IMG/VR virus record: IMGVR_UViG_3300043568_000598
Location: 1-64,000 of that record
DNA: 64,000 nucleotides
Origin: a virus
Reading direction: 5' to 3' (one strand)
Part shown: one piece after another, positions 29,316-38,783 of the stretch
Position numbering within the stretch: the stretch's first letter is position 1
Layout: each line of letters opens with the position of its first letter
Made by a program: the position numbers and the translations under genes
Notes under the pieces: model-generated
What the model was told of the DNA's origin: nothing
Databases searched by the model: none
The model's input: only the letters and a program-made list of their open reading frames with translations

Positions 29316-30026
29316 TTAGTCTATCCATTTAGAAAAATTATCAATGATTGGCTGCTCAAACTCATATCGATCAATAAAAAATAATAGTGTAGTACGAGGT
29401 TCTTTAACATTCACTTTGAAGGTATTTGGTCTATGCCATAGATTAGAATCATATGCTATTAGTCTATTATACGTGTTTCCTATCCGAATGGTTTCTTCAA
29501 AATGTGTGTGATTATTTTTTAAATCTTGTTTGTATTCTTCTGTTACTATACTGGTGGTGTTAAACAGTTTTCTAGATGGAAAATCAGGTACAGAAAAATC
29601 TTCTGCACCTTTCTTTAAGAAGATCGAAGTACCACTATCAAAATTTGTTTCGTTGGGATTTAAATATACCAATCCGGCCAAGGTGACGTCGTCGTTGTGT
29701 ATCCATCCAATGTTTGCATCTGCGTCGTCATATTGTTCGTTGATATGAAAACTTATGTGTATTACAAATTGTGAAATTCCTGGGAATACTTCTCTGGCAA
29801 TTTTTTTAGCAAAAAACACTGCAAAATTCTTAGTTTCCTCGTCGGTGGATTCTAATAAATTAATTGTGCGTTTTCCAGGATAACGATCCGATTTAGTATA
29901 TTCTTGGTGTTGTGCAAGAGCTAACACCTTGTTTGGATTATTGAAGAAATTATTTCTACAAACAATTACTTCCTTTAGCGGGTGTTTAGTTTTATCAAAA
30001 TTGTATATGGTCTGTGTATTACTCAT
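29316..30026 (-). CDS. 2OG-Fe(II) oxygenase-like protein (DUF6445-like)
   Basis: NFF.NP..V, YPGKRT, WIHND, AGLVYL, GTS, YNRL..Y....WH. Confidence 0.65.
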   Translation of the reverse strand: MSNTQTIYNFDKTKHPLKEVIVCRNNFFNNPNKVLALAQHQEYTKSDRYPGKRTINLLESTDEETKNFAVFFAKKIAREVFPGISQFVIHISFHINEQYDDADANIGWIHNDDVTLAGLVYLNPNETNFDSGTSIFLKKGAEDFSVPDFPSRKLFNTTSIVTEEYKQDLKNNHTHFEETIRIGNTYNRLIAYDSNLWHRPNTFKVNVKEPRTTLLFFIDRYEFEQPIIDNFSKWID

Positions 30027-30604
30027 GCCAATTTCCTACTAAGATTGAATACCATGGTAATGCGGCCTTCTGTATTATGTGTTTGAGGAACAACATGTGG
30101 TATCCACGACTCCCACATTAAAAGCAGTCCTTTTTTTGGAGTGATGGAAATTTCCTCAATATTAGTAGCTGTATCTCCTAACCTAGGCAACATGACAAAA
30201 TTTCTAAACGGTCTTGGATCGCTTATAATTAACGGCGAAGATCCTTCGGGAACTTGAAGATATAGCAAACCAGATAAAATAGAATTAGGATGTGTATGTG
30301 ACTCGTGATAGTTTCCTTCAAACATCTCACTTACAAATACTTGTGTTTCAAAATTAATTTGTTGCTCGTCGTACCCTAGTTGTCTAAGGTAGTTTCTAGC
30401 AGTTTTATGTACAAGATTTTTAAATGGTTCTATGTCAGGTTGTTTTCCAAGCTGCATGGAAGTATCGAATGTATTTTTATAACCCCATCGGTGTCTTGCA
30501 TAATCTGGATCGCTTAGGTATTTTTTAGCTACAGGCAACATTGCATCTGCTAATATCAGATGTAATTCAGTAAGTACTGCTGTTGGAAAATGATACTGAA
30601 TCAC
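30023..30604 (-). CDS. Putative 2OG-Fe(II) oxygenase (TIGR02466-like)
   Basis: HESHTHPNSILSG..YL..P...DPRP...SWIPH.V...RIT..FN. Confidence 0.85.
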   Translation of the reverse strand: MIQYHFPTAVLTELHLILADAMLPVAKKYLSDPDYARHRWGYKNTFDTSMQLGKQPDIEPFKNLVHKTARNYLRQLGYDEQQINFETQVFVSEMFEGNYHESHTHPNSILSGLLYLQVPEGSSPLIISDPRPFRNFVMLPRLGDTATNIEEISITPKKGLLLMWESWIPHVVPQTHNTEGRITMVFNLSRKLA

Positions 30605-31152
30605 ATAGGTCCTTGTGGATTACGTTGTAGATCAAATGCCTGTAAATAATTTGGACCATCAATAGTCACGTAATGCAGAAACACTTGAATACACTCAGTT
30701 CCTTGAAAAGGATCACGCCAGTGGTAGGATTTAGCACCTTTGTAAATTACAGCATCTCCTGGATTTAATGACACACTATCTGTTTCGCCATCGGGTTTTG
30801 TGAAATGTATAGGCCACTTATCACCTGCAAGATTCACACTTACACTAATTTCACAAGCTTCGGCATCGATATGAGATTTCAATTCGGCACCTCGTTTATA
30901 CCATCTGCCATAACAATATGTGGGATATAATCTTTCACCTACTAAGTCATTCATATAAAAAATCTTTGAAATTAGCAACTGGTGTACTATTTGACTATTG
31001 TATAATGCCGGTGAGCCGGCAACTTGTGGATCTGCTTTAGCGAACGTTTTAATGCATTCTTTTTTAAAATTGTTTGCAACAATGCTGGCTGCGATAGGAT
31101 GCAAAAAATCTTCTACTACAAAATAATTGTTTTGTTGTAAATCAGCATTCAT
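30601..31152 (-). CDS. 2OG-Fe(II) oxygenase
   Basis: LYPTY.YGR.Y..G..L..HID...CEIS...PGDA..Y.G....HWR...QVFLHY. Confidence 0.8.
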   Translation of the reverse strand: MNADLQQNNYFVVEDFLHPIAASIVANNFKKECIKTFAKADPQVAGSPALYNSQIVHQLLISKIFYMNDLVGERLYPTYCYGRWYKRGAELKSHIDAEACEISVSVNLAGDKWPIHFTKPDGETDSVSLNPGDAVIYKGAKSYHWRDPFQGTECIQVFLHYVTIDGPNYLQAFDLQRNPQGPM

Positions 31153-31153
31153 T

Positions 31154-31456
31154 TTAGTCAGGTTCTACAATACACCACACATCGGATTCTGGCAAACACC
31201 AATATATTTCGTTGCCGACGACTATTTTAGACCCTGCAGCCGGATGGCATAAGATTTCATCTCCGGCCTTAACAGTCATTGGTATTAAAACTGCTGTTTT
31301 TTCAGAATATTTTCCAGGGCCAACTGCTATAACTGTGGCTTTAGATGTTCGCTCGTCTACAGCCGCAGGAGCAAGTACAATACCGCCAGAAGATACTTGT
31401 TCTGGCTCGTGTCTCTTAACTAAAATTCTATCATGCGCTGGTTTTAAAACTGGCAT
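31154..31456 (-). CDS. groES: Co-chaperonin GroES (Cpn10)
   Basis: LKP.HDRILV, SGGIVL, VIAVGPG, VKAGD; AAGGAGA RBS. Confidence 0.9.
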   Translation of the reverse strand: MPVLKPAHDRILVKRHEPEQVSSGGIVLAPAAVDERTSKATVIAVGPGKYSEKTAVLIPMTVKAGDEILCHPAAGSKIVVGNEIYWCLPESDVWCIVEPD

Positions 31457-31504
31457 TTATTTCTCCTTAAATTGATTAACATATGCTCTCTTGGTGAAGT
31501 AGGG

Positions 31505-31512
31505 TATTTATA
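31505..31512 (-). promoter_or_regulatory. T4 late promoter TATAAATA heading the groES/oxygenase/halogenase cassette
   Basis: Plus-strand TATTTATA is the exact T4 late consensus on the minus strand. Confidence 0.7.
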
Positions 31513-31561
31513 GTTGGCAATGCATAGGGTCGGCAGTTTGTGATATTATAGTTTTTTACGC

Positions 31562-31567
31562 TAAATA
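31562..31567 (+). promoter_or_regulatory. Late promoter core TAAATA
   Basis: CTAAATA 20 nt upstream of the ATG at 31588, divergent from the 31505-31512 promoter. Confidence 0.5.
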
Positions 31568-31587
31568 TTTCTATATGTGGAATCCCG

Positions 31588-33672
31588 ATGACTGCTCCTA
31601 TTAAAAACCTACGAGTAATACCCCGAGAAGCCGATTTTTTAGATAGAAAAATTGGCTCATCTGGTGAAATCTTTTATGACCGCGATCAAAATACACTAAG
31701 ACTGTATGATGGAAATCTATTAGGGGGAATTGTTCTTGCCAAGACAGATTTAACCAATATATCCAATGCTGTGTTCCTAGCCAAAGCTACTTCAGCAGGA
31801 TTCAGTGGCGGAGTGCAGTCAGGCGTGGCTGGAAAAATAGCCTATTATCCGTCAAATGGTTCTCAAGTCAATGACTTAACTGCTTTAACATGGTTAGATG
31901 ACTCGACCAATACGCTGGTGTTATCAGGTGTAATAGATATCACAGGCCAAAAAAATCGCATCAGATTCCATTGGGATACTCTAGCAGATCTTAACGCAGA
32001 AGTATCTCCTGTAGACTATCACGGCATGGTAGCACATGTGCATGACACAGGCAAACTGTATTATGCTCATAACGGTGCTTGGGTGCCTGTGGCAGCAGAA
32101 AGCAGCCTCCCTAACTCATTTAGTACCATTGCAATAGCCGGACAGCCATCAGTGACTGCAGACACAACCGCAGATACTCTTACACTTGTAGCTGGTACTG
32201 GTATTACACTGACCACAAATGCTGGCACAGATACCATTACCATTACAGGCACAGCCAGCACAGGCAATATAACCTTTGCGGCCAACACCATAGACAGCAC
32301 AGATAGCACAGCTATCACAGTGACTCCGGCAGTAAATTTTGAATCAGATGTTGTAGTAGGTAATGAAATTGTATTCGCAGACGGTTCAAGACAGAGTACT
32401 TCTGCTGTTGGTGTACCAGGACCACAAGGTGAACAAGGTCCACCTGGGGCTTCAGGAGCAGGCACGGGCGATGTACTCAGTGCCGGCGGCGGCTATGTGG
32501 ACAATAGGATTGTTCGCTACGATGGAACCACAGGCACAATCATACAGGTCAGTAGTGCCAGCATATCAGATGCTGGCCTGCTCACCGCTACCAGCTTCAG
32601 TGGTAACGGCAGTTTAATCACAGCTCTAAATGCCACTGAATTAACCAGCGGTACTATACCTAATGCCCGCTTTCCAGCTACTTTGCCTGCAACATCAGGT
32701 GTCAATCTAACCGCACTAAATGCCACACAACTAACTTCAGGCACAGTACCTGACGCACGATTCCCAGAGACTCTGCCAGCAACATCGGGTGTCAATCTAA
32801 CCGCACTGAATGCCACCCAACTGACTTCGGGCACTGTACCTATAGGTCGTATAGGAGCCACAGGCACACCTAGTGCCAGCACCTATTTAAGAGGCGACAA
32901 CTCTTGGGCCGAGGCCACAGGGGGGAGTGCTTCAGACAGCTTTAGCACCATAGCGGTAGCAGGACAAAGTTCAGTGGTTGCTGATTCGGCTACAGACACA
33001 TTGACTTTGGTAGCAGGATCAAACATAACCATAACCACAAATGCCGGTACAGATACCATAACTATTGCTGCTGCAGGTGGCGGGACTGCATCCGATAGTT
33101 TTGCTACAATTGCAGTAGCAGGACAAAGTTCAGTGGTTGCTGATTCGGCTACAGACACATTGACTTTGGTAGCAGGCACCGGTATTTCAATCACCACTGA
33201 TGCCAGCACAGACACATTAACTATAAACAGCACAGTCACAGCAGGCGCCACAGCATTCACGGGACTTAGTGATGCAGTGTCTGCTTCATTAACTATAGAT
33301 AAGATCTATCTACCTGCGATCACTATGCTGGTAGTAACCAATAACGGAGCCAGTGCATATCGATTTGATCAATACGGTGCTTCCGACGATCCTACAATTT
33401 TTGCTATCAATGGTACTACAATAGCATTTAATTTGCAAGCAACTGGACATCCATTTTTAATTCAAGATAACACAGGTACTAATTTCAACACAGGACTCGT
33501 GCATGTAACTACGGCAGGAGTAGTGACTACAGGCTCCTCAGCACAAGGCAAAGATTCAGGAACATTGTATTGGAAGATTCCCGACACTGCATCGGGTAGT
33601 TATAGATATCAGTGCGGAAGTCATGCTGCTATGATAGGAACTATCACAGTGAAAAACTTTGGCAGTATTTAA
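31588..33672 (+). CDS. Fibre-like virion protein with short collagen stretch, internal repeats and cupredoxin-like C-terminus (694 aa)
   Basis: N-terminal GEIFYD...LRLYDG; GVPGPQGEQGPPGASG; repeats; GHPF...YQCGSHAAMIGTI. Confidence 0.7.
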   Translation: MTAPIKNLRVIPREADFLDRKIGSSGEIFYDRDQNTLRLYDGNLLGGIVLAKTDLTNISNAVFLAKATSAGFSGGVQSGVAGKIAYYPSNGSQVNDLTALTWLDDSTNTLVLSGVIDITGQKNRIRFHWDTLADLNAEVSPVDYHGMVAHVHDTGKLYYAHNGAWVPVAAESSLPNSFSTIAIAGQPSVTADTTADTLTLVAGTGITLTTNAGTDTITITGTASTGNITFAANTIDSTDSTAITVTPAVNFESDVVVGNEIVFADGSRQSTSAVGVPGPQGEQGPPGASGAGTGDVLSAGGGYVDNRIVRYDGTTGTIIQVSSASISDAGLLTATSFSGNGSLITALNATELTSGTIPNARFPATLPATSGVNLTALNATQLTSGTVPDARFPETLPATSGVNLTALNATQLTSGTVPIGRIGATGTPSASTYLRGDNSWAEATGGSASDSFSTIAVAGQSSVVADSATDTLTLVAGSNITITTNAGTDTITIAAAGGGTASDSFATIAVAGQSSVVADSATDTLTLVAGTGISITTDASTDTLTINSTVTAGATAFTGLSDAVSASLTIDKIYLPAITMLVVTNNGASAYRFDQYGASDDPTIFAINGTTIAFNLQATGHPFLIQDNTGTNFNTGLVHVTTAGVVTTGSSAQGKDSGTLYWKIPDTASGSYRYQCGSHAAMIGTITVKNFGSI
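32956..33176 (+). repeat. 62-bp exact direct repeat within the fibre gene (32956-33017, 33115-33176)
   Basis: GTAGCAGGACAAAGTTCAGTGG...GACTTTGGTAGCAGG occurs twice, 159 nt apart. Confidence 0.9.
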
Positions 33673-33947
33673 TTTTTCTGCGCTTGTGACCAGTCTCTAA
33701 TTCTTGTTTCTAATTTTTTTCGTATGTCAGTGATATCCTGTTTCATATCACCTCCCATAGTAGGCAGCTGACGACTGTAAATCATCTCCATGTGCATGCT
33801 GTCTAATTTTTTTATTTCCGCAATTAGTTTATTCAACAGTTGTTGAGATTCTTGTTTGACTGGGCCGTCAGGCATGGTGCCTATAGCAGCACGATATTTT
33901 GCGCAGTCCTCTTGAAATCTACTGGACCTTTGTAATAGATTTGACAT
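33669..33947 (-). CDS. Hypothetical helical protein (92 aa)
   Basis: GGAG upstream; ORF fills the gap between genes. Confidence 0.55.
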   Translation of the reverse strand: MSNLLQRSSRFQEDCAKYRAAIGTMPDGPVKQESQQLLNKLIAEIKKLDSMHMEMIYSRQLPTMGGDMKQDITDIRKKLETRIRDWSQAQKN

Positions 33948-34317
33948 TTTCCAACTCCAATATGGTTTCTATTTTTACACGTATTACTTGATTATTTAAT
34001 GTGGTGCGTAGGCCTGAATGTAATTGTTTGGGCAAATGATTCAAATCTGCCCAACATACTGTGGCTGACACTGTGGTCAAAAATTCTTGCTCTACTACAC
34101 ATACATATGTTCCGTATTCAAACCCACGATCTTCTGATAGATACAGCTCGATAGGTACTATACGACCCTGTGAGTATTGAGTCATTAGTGCGTGTGCATC
34201 CTCTAAGAGACTGTTGTTACGCTGAAATGTAGGCACGGTCCATCGATCGTTGTCTAGGATCAGTAGGATTCTACCTGTGGTTTTAGCTAAGAATAATAAT
34301 CCGGCACGCTGTTGCAT
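33919..34317 (-). CDS. Degenerate Nudix-fold protein (start likely 34317)
   Basis: AGLLF....GRILL...W and W...LP..LH.GL flanking motifs but no Nudix box; TAAGTA-N5-ATG upstream. Confidence 0.5.
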   Translation of the reverse strand: MQQRAGLLFLAKTTGRILLILDNDRWTVPTFQRNNSLLEDAHALMTQYSQGRIVPIELYLSEDRGFEYGTYVCVVEQEFLTTVSATVCWADLNHLPKQLHSGLRTTLNNQVIRVKIETILELENVKSITKVQ

Positions 34318-34325
34318 GCAGATAC

Positions 34326-35903
34326 TTATCCGCCTGCTGCTTTGAAGTTCCATTCTCCTGGCATATACTCGCCTTCAAACGCCTTGAGCCATTGATCACC
34401 GTCCCACTTATACTTGATTCCTGTGCGAATATTTTGGATATGAGTGGGGGAGAATGTTTCCCCGGCCATATCGGCAGCTTCTAATGTGTTGTCCACAGGA
34501 TTCCAAACGGTAGCCCATGTCTGTCCAGTCCATTCTACAATGGAGTTGGCTATGATAACAGGATCTGTTCCGTCTTGGTTTTCCCAACTTGAGTCGTTGT
34601 TGCTGGGATTGCGCCAAGCCTGTGGTCCTCTGTATGGAATCCGTGTGCTGTCTGCTGGGTTAGAAGGCAGATTAATGTATCCTCCACGATTCTCACTGTT
34701 GTTGACATCATCTAACATTAGGAATCGCAGTCCTAATGGTATCTGTGCATGCGATCCGTATACTTCTAGGGGATTGTACTTGTAAGGATCTATAATGGCG
34801 TCCACTGTACCTCTAGCAGCAATTCCCGGAATTGTGCTGGCTATGTCGTCATTGGCAGGGTATGTGTCTGCATCTAGAGTCACCGTGAGTACAGTAGCGT
34901 CTAAAGGGTTGATCACAAACGTTCCTACTATTTCAAATCCGCTGAATTTCTTAAACCACACTTCACTGCCCGGTACATATCCGCCTTGTACTTCTAAAAT
35001 CTTAGCCCACTCTACAGGCTCACCATTTTTGTATTCACGCTGATCAAGCCCAGTTGATATCACTGCGTCTGTGGGATTCACTATCGTGAGATCATATTGG
35101 TTGTCATTGACTGAACCGGTGTTAGATTTAAACAGCAACACTCGATAACGTCCGTATGTTTTTCCAGCTAATGAAGTGTTAGGCTGTGAAGTATTGTATA
35201 TGAGATCTGAAAGATTTAATACTTCACCTTGTTCTGTAAACACATTGGCCACTATGCTCTGTACTATGCCTAGCTTTTTAACCTTGGCTGGTGGTGATAT
35301 AAATATCGGCATTTCAAAATCCATACTGCAGATGTCTATGTCTGATTCTGCACCTTGAGGAATAGTTCTGCTGGAAAAATTAGTGCTGGTCAAATACATG
35401 GCACTGAGACTGGTCCAGTCTATGTAGTTGTCTGTGGTCTGTAGTTCCAGGCTGGGATTAAACAGCACCAATATCTGTTCTAACAATTGCAGTTTTTGAT
35501 CTGTATTTGAGGTCCACAGATCGGCTTTCATAGTCAGTTTGAACGGAGTGGGCATGAGTCTTTCAACCGTGTAACTGCCGCCTTGAGCGCCAGCGTATTC
35601 TCTAGTACCACTGGCGTCTGTGAATCTACGTTCTCTTATGTGTATCTTAGATACAAATGTGGGATCACTGAGTCTACTGGTGTCCATTTCGATGCCTGTG
35701 ATATAGCAGGCAATCCTTGGCACAGTGGGCATTTTGTTTTCTGAATTGTCTTTGATCATGCTGGCCACTTGTCTAGTCAAGTCGCCGTACATTACAGGTA
35801 TCTGTTTCTGCTCACCGTCCCCGGCTTGATATTTAAATCCAATGAACACACGCATGAATTGTGTAACATAGCGTCTTATCTGTCCGTCATAGTGAAAATC
35901 CAT
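34326..35903 (-). CDS. T4 gp15-like tail terminator/sheath stabiliser with C-terminal extension (525 aa)
   Basis: F.YD.QIRRY, IPV.YG, MPTPF.L.....W, QLLEQIL.LFNP. Confidence 0.7.
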   Translation of the reverse strand: MDFHYDGQIRRYVTQFMRVFIGFKYQAGDGEQKQIPVMYGDLTRQVASMIKDNSENKMPTVPRIACYITGIEMDTSRLSDPTFVSKIHIRERRFTDASGTREYAGAQGGSYTVERLMPTPFKLTMKADLWTSNTDQKLQLLEQILVLFNPSLELQTTDNYIDWTSLSAMYLTSTNFSSRTIPQGAESDIDICSMDFEMPIFISPPAKVKKLGIVQSIVANVFTEQGEVLNLSDLIYNTSQPNTSLAGKTYGRYRVLLFKSNTGSVNDNQYDLTIVNPTDAVISTGLDQREYKNGEPVEWAKILEVQGGYVPGSEVWFKKFSGFEIVGTFVINPLDATVLTVTLDADTYPANDDIASTIPGIAARGTVDAIIDPYKYNPLEVYGSHAQIPLGLRFLMLDDVNNSENRGGYINLPSNPADSTRIPYRGPQAWRNPSNNDSSWENQDGTDPVIIANSIVEWTGQTWATVWNPVDNTLEAADMAGETFSPTHIQNIRTGIKYKWDGDQWLKAFEGEYMPGEWNFKAAGG

Positions 35904-37291
35904 TATAGGTCTGCCTCAGGTCTAAGAGCCTTGCTGAGACTCTGCTTTTCTTTGACTGTGTGTCCGTCTATGGTACTCACAGTAGGATTATTAATGAATG
36001 TGGCCTTCTGGGTCTGTCTTACATCTTTGCCTGCAAATGTGCCGGCGGCCACATCGCTGGCTCCAAGATTGCTCATAGTCATGCGCACATTATCTTCAAA
36101 TTTACGCCATCTTGCCCCGTCGAATCTAAACAGTCTGTTGGGTAGATAATCTGTTCGCAGTGCAAACTGTCCATTGATAGGATTGTTCGGGAAAGAAATG
36201 CCTGCGGTAAAAGGAGCACCATTAGGAGGCACACCGTCTTCGGTTAGATAGCCATCATATCCATCTCCGTCTGACGTTAATATTACGCTGCTGGCAGTCT
36301 GCCCGACATACACAGGATTGCCGTCTGTGTCATACAACAGATTACCAGCTTCGTCGGTAGCCTGCGTAGCAGCATCTACTGTGACGTCTGTGGCATCTGT
36401 ACTGGCCAATTCTACATCGCCGTCGGCAGTACGTTGCAGTGTGTAGTACTTGCTGGTGTCGTAGCCGCTGCGTGGTGCATCTGCTTCTGCTTGATTTAAT
36501 ACCGCAGCAGTGATCTGCATTTCTTTTTCGTAGGTGCTGACTACATCTCTCAGCGTATCAGCTAACGCAAAATAAGTAGTGTTAGGAGGAGCCACACCCG
36601 TGACTTCTTGGATTACCTGATATTTTTTGCCGTTGGCAGCAAGTACAACATCATTAGGATAGTATGTTACGGTCGAGTTGTAAGTGCCTTTGTAGAATTC
36701 TCTGTCTGCGATATCGTCTAAGATCTGCTTGAATTCTTGACTGTCTACTAATGGCTTGCACTTGGCACGATACAGATGTGGGTACCATGTGGCTGAAAAT
36801 CCTTCTGCTGCTCTGCTGACTTCTTCAATCACAAAGAAACGTTTCAGCGCAAATGTCAAATCATTAAGAGCATACTCGTCTTTGAGGTGCGGCAGTTCTA
36901 TAACATCGCCTGCTATAATTTTACGACCTAATTTTTCTACAGTATCCGTGATGTGGAAAGTGATAAAAATAGTGTCATTCTGCAGGAACAAGCCGAACTG
37001 GCTGAGGTTAAAATCAATATCAGATATATTGTAGACTCCGCGCATCACATATACATCAGGATCATACTTGCGATCTCTATTTTCTAAAAACAATAGATCC
37101 TGTATGTTTGCTACATTATCAGTAGTGTAGTTAGGAGTGCTTGGAGTATCGCCCTGTATAGCTGTACCAGGACCTATGTATCTGTGCACCAGCACATCTG
37201 TACCGCCAACTTGGAACATTTCCCAGGCGGATCTATCTATAAAGCGGAAATCGTTGCCCTTTTCGGGACGGTATAAACTGAGTCTTGGCAT
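35903..37291 (-). CDS. T4 gp14-like neck protein (start likely 37291)
   Basis: DLLFLENRDRKY, LSQFGLF, GDVIELP; adjacent to gp13- and gp15-like genes. Confidence 0.65.
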   Translation of the reverse strand: MPRLSLYRPEKGNDFRFIDRSAWEMFQVGGTDVLVHRYIGPGTAIQGDTPSTPNYTTDNVANIQDLLFLENRDRKYDPDVYVMRGVYNISDIDFNLSQFGLFLQNDTIFITFHITDTVEKLGRKIIAGDVIELPHLKDEYALNDLTFALKRFFVIEEVSRAAEGFSATWYPHLYRAKCKPLVDSQEFKQILDDIADREFYKGTYNSTVTYYPNDVVLAANGKKYQVIQEVTGVAPPNTTYFALADTLRDVVSTYEKEMQITAAVLNQAEADAPRSGYDTSKYYTLQRTADGDVELASTDATDVTVDAATQATDEAGNLLYDTDGNPVYVGQTASSVILTSDGDGYDGYLTEDGVPPNGAPFTAGISFPNNPINGQFALRTDYLPNRLFRFDGARWRKFEDNVRMTMSNLGASDVAAGTFAGKDVRQTQKATFINNPTVSTIDGHTVKEKQSLSKALRPEADL

Positions 37292-37298
37292 AGTCATA

Positions 37299-37319
37299 TA
37301 TTTACCGCTACGATAAATA
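37299..37319. promoter_or_regulatory. Back-to-back late promoters
   Basis: TAAATA on - (37299-37304) and on + (37314-37319) between the divergent neck genes. Confidence 0.65.
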
Positions 37320-37324
37320 CTCGT

Positions 37325-38080
37325 ATGAGCACATCAGACCAAGCCAAAAATTCTGTTTACAACTACTGCAAAACCATGCTAGGCGATGGTATGGTAGATG
37401 TAGAACTAGATCCCATCCATTACGACACAGCACTTAATCGTGCTCTAGCAGTTTTCCGCCAGCGTAGCGATAACGCTGTGGAAGAAAGCTATATGTTTTT
37501 AACCTTAACTGAGAGTACCAACGAGTATATATTACCTAAAGAAATACAACAGGTACGTCAAATATTCCGCAGATCAGTGGGCTCGAGAACTGGCAACGGC
37601 ACAGGCGGTACAGTATTTGAACCATTTAATTTGGCCTATGCCAATACCTACCTGTTAAGCAGCACTAACATGGGCGGTTTACTAACATATGAATTGTTTA
37701 GTCAGTATCAGGAATTAGTGGGTAAGATGTTTGGTAGCTACATTAATTTTACTTGGAATCCACAAAATCATAAAATTATCATACATCAACGCCCTCGAGG
37801 CGAAGAAAGTGTTATGCTAATGGTGTATAATACCAAGCCAGACTTTGCTATCATAGACGATGTGTATTCTGGACAATGGATCAAGGACTACGCTCTGGCC
37901 AACTGCAAGATGATGCTAGGACAAGCTCGCAGCAAGTTTGGACAGATTGCAGGACCACAAGGTGGCACACAGCTCAACGGCACAGCACTGATCACAGAAG
38001 GCCAAACCGAAATAGAAAAACTAATGGAAGATCTCAAAACTGGTATTACTACACAGGGTTGGGGTTGGATAACTGGTTGA
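37325..38080 (+). CDS. T4 gp13-like neck protein (251 aa)
   Basis: LG...VDVEL, WIKDY.LA..K..LG..RSKF....GP.GG..LNG. Confidence 0.8.
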   Translation: MSTSDQAKNSVYNYCKTMLGDGMVDVELDPIHYDTALNRALAVFRQRSDNAVEESYMFLTLTESTNEYILPKEIQQVRQIFRRSVGSRTGNGTGGTVFEPFNLAYANTYLLSSTNMGGLLTYELFSQYQELVGKMFGSYINFTWNPQNHKIIIHQRPRGEESVMLMVYNTKPDFAIIDDVYSGQWIKDYALANCKMMLGQARSKFGQIAGPQGGTQLNGTALITEGQTEIEKLMEDLKTGITTQGWGWITG

Positions 38081-38106
38081 CATCTTAATTTCACACATGT
38101 TATAAT
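38077..38106 (+). promoter_or_regulatory. Sigma70-type promoter
   Basis: TTGACA-N18-TATAAT with TGn extended -10, upstream of the dNMP kinase gene. Confidence 0.8.
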
Positions 38107-38126
38107 TGTTCTAAAGGGGACAATTT

Positions 38127-38783
38127 ATGATCATAGGTGTATGCGGTTTTATAGGCTCGGGCAAAGACACCGTAGCCGACTATCTAGTCAATTTTCACGA
38201 ATTTCGCAGAGAAAGTTTTGCTTCGACACTCAAAGACGCTGTAGCCAGTGTGTTTGGATGGGATCGAACTCTGCTGGAAGGACGCACTGCACAGGCTCGT
38301 GAGTGGCGAGAACAAGTTGATCCTTGGTGGGCAGAACGCTTAGACATGCCTACATTAACTCCTAGATGGGTTCTACAATACTGGGGCACTGAAGTATGTC
38401 GTAGATCGTTTCACGATGACATATGGATCGCTTCGCTGGAAAACAAGCTTCGTATGAGCAAGGACCATATTGTGATTTCAGACTGTAGATTCCCCAACGA
38501 AATCAAATCAATTAAAGATGCAGGTGGCCAGATTGTTTGGGTACAACGTGGAGAATTACCTGAGTGGTATGCTGATGCTATCAGTGCTAATCAAGGCAAT
38601 AACGTAGGTCTTAATGCCATGAAGATGCGCAAAATACATGCATCAGAATGGGCATGGTTGGGCAGTGAGTTTGACAGCATTGTCAATAACAATGGTACCA
38701 TCGATGAACTATATCGTCAGAGTGCAGAACTAATAGTCAGCCACAAGATCGCCTTGTCGCCAAGTAATTCCCTCTTTGCCTAA
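38127..38783 (+). CDS. Deoxynucleoside monophosphate kinase (T4 gp1-like)
   Basis: GFIGSGKDT P-loop; R..LQ..GTE; ISDCRFPNE. Confidence 0.9.
   Translation: MIIGVCGFIGSGKDTVADYLVNFHEFRRESFASTLKDAVASVFGWDRTLLEGRTAQAREWREQVDPWWAERLDMPTLTPRWVLQYWGTEVCRRSFHDDIWIASLENKLRMSKDHIVISDCRFPNEIKSIKDAGGQIVWVQRGELPEWYADAISANQGNNVGLNAMKMRKIHASEWAWLGSEFDSIVNNNGTIDELYRQSAELIVSHKIALSPSNSLFA

Noticed and set aside
19250-31152. Bacterial secondary-metabolite cluster or chimeric contig
   Set aside because: No scaffold-building enzymes; phage late promoter motifs within the cassette and a shared terminator with the fibre operon support phage origin
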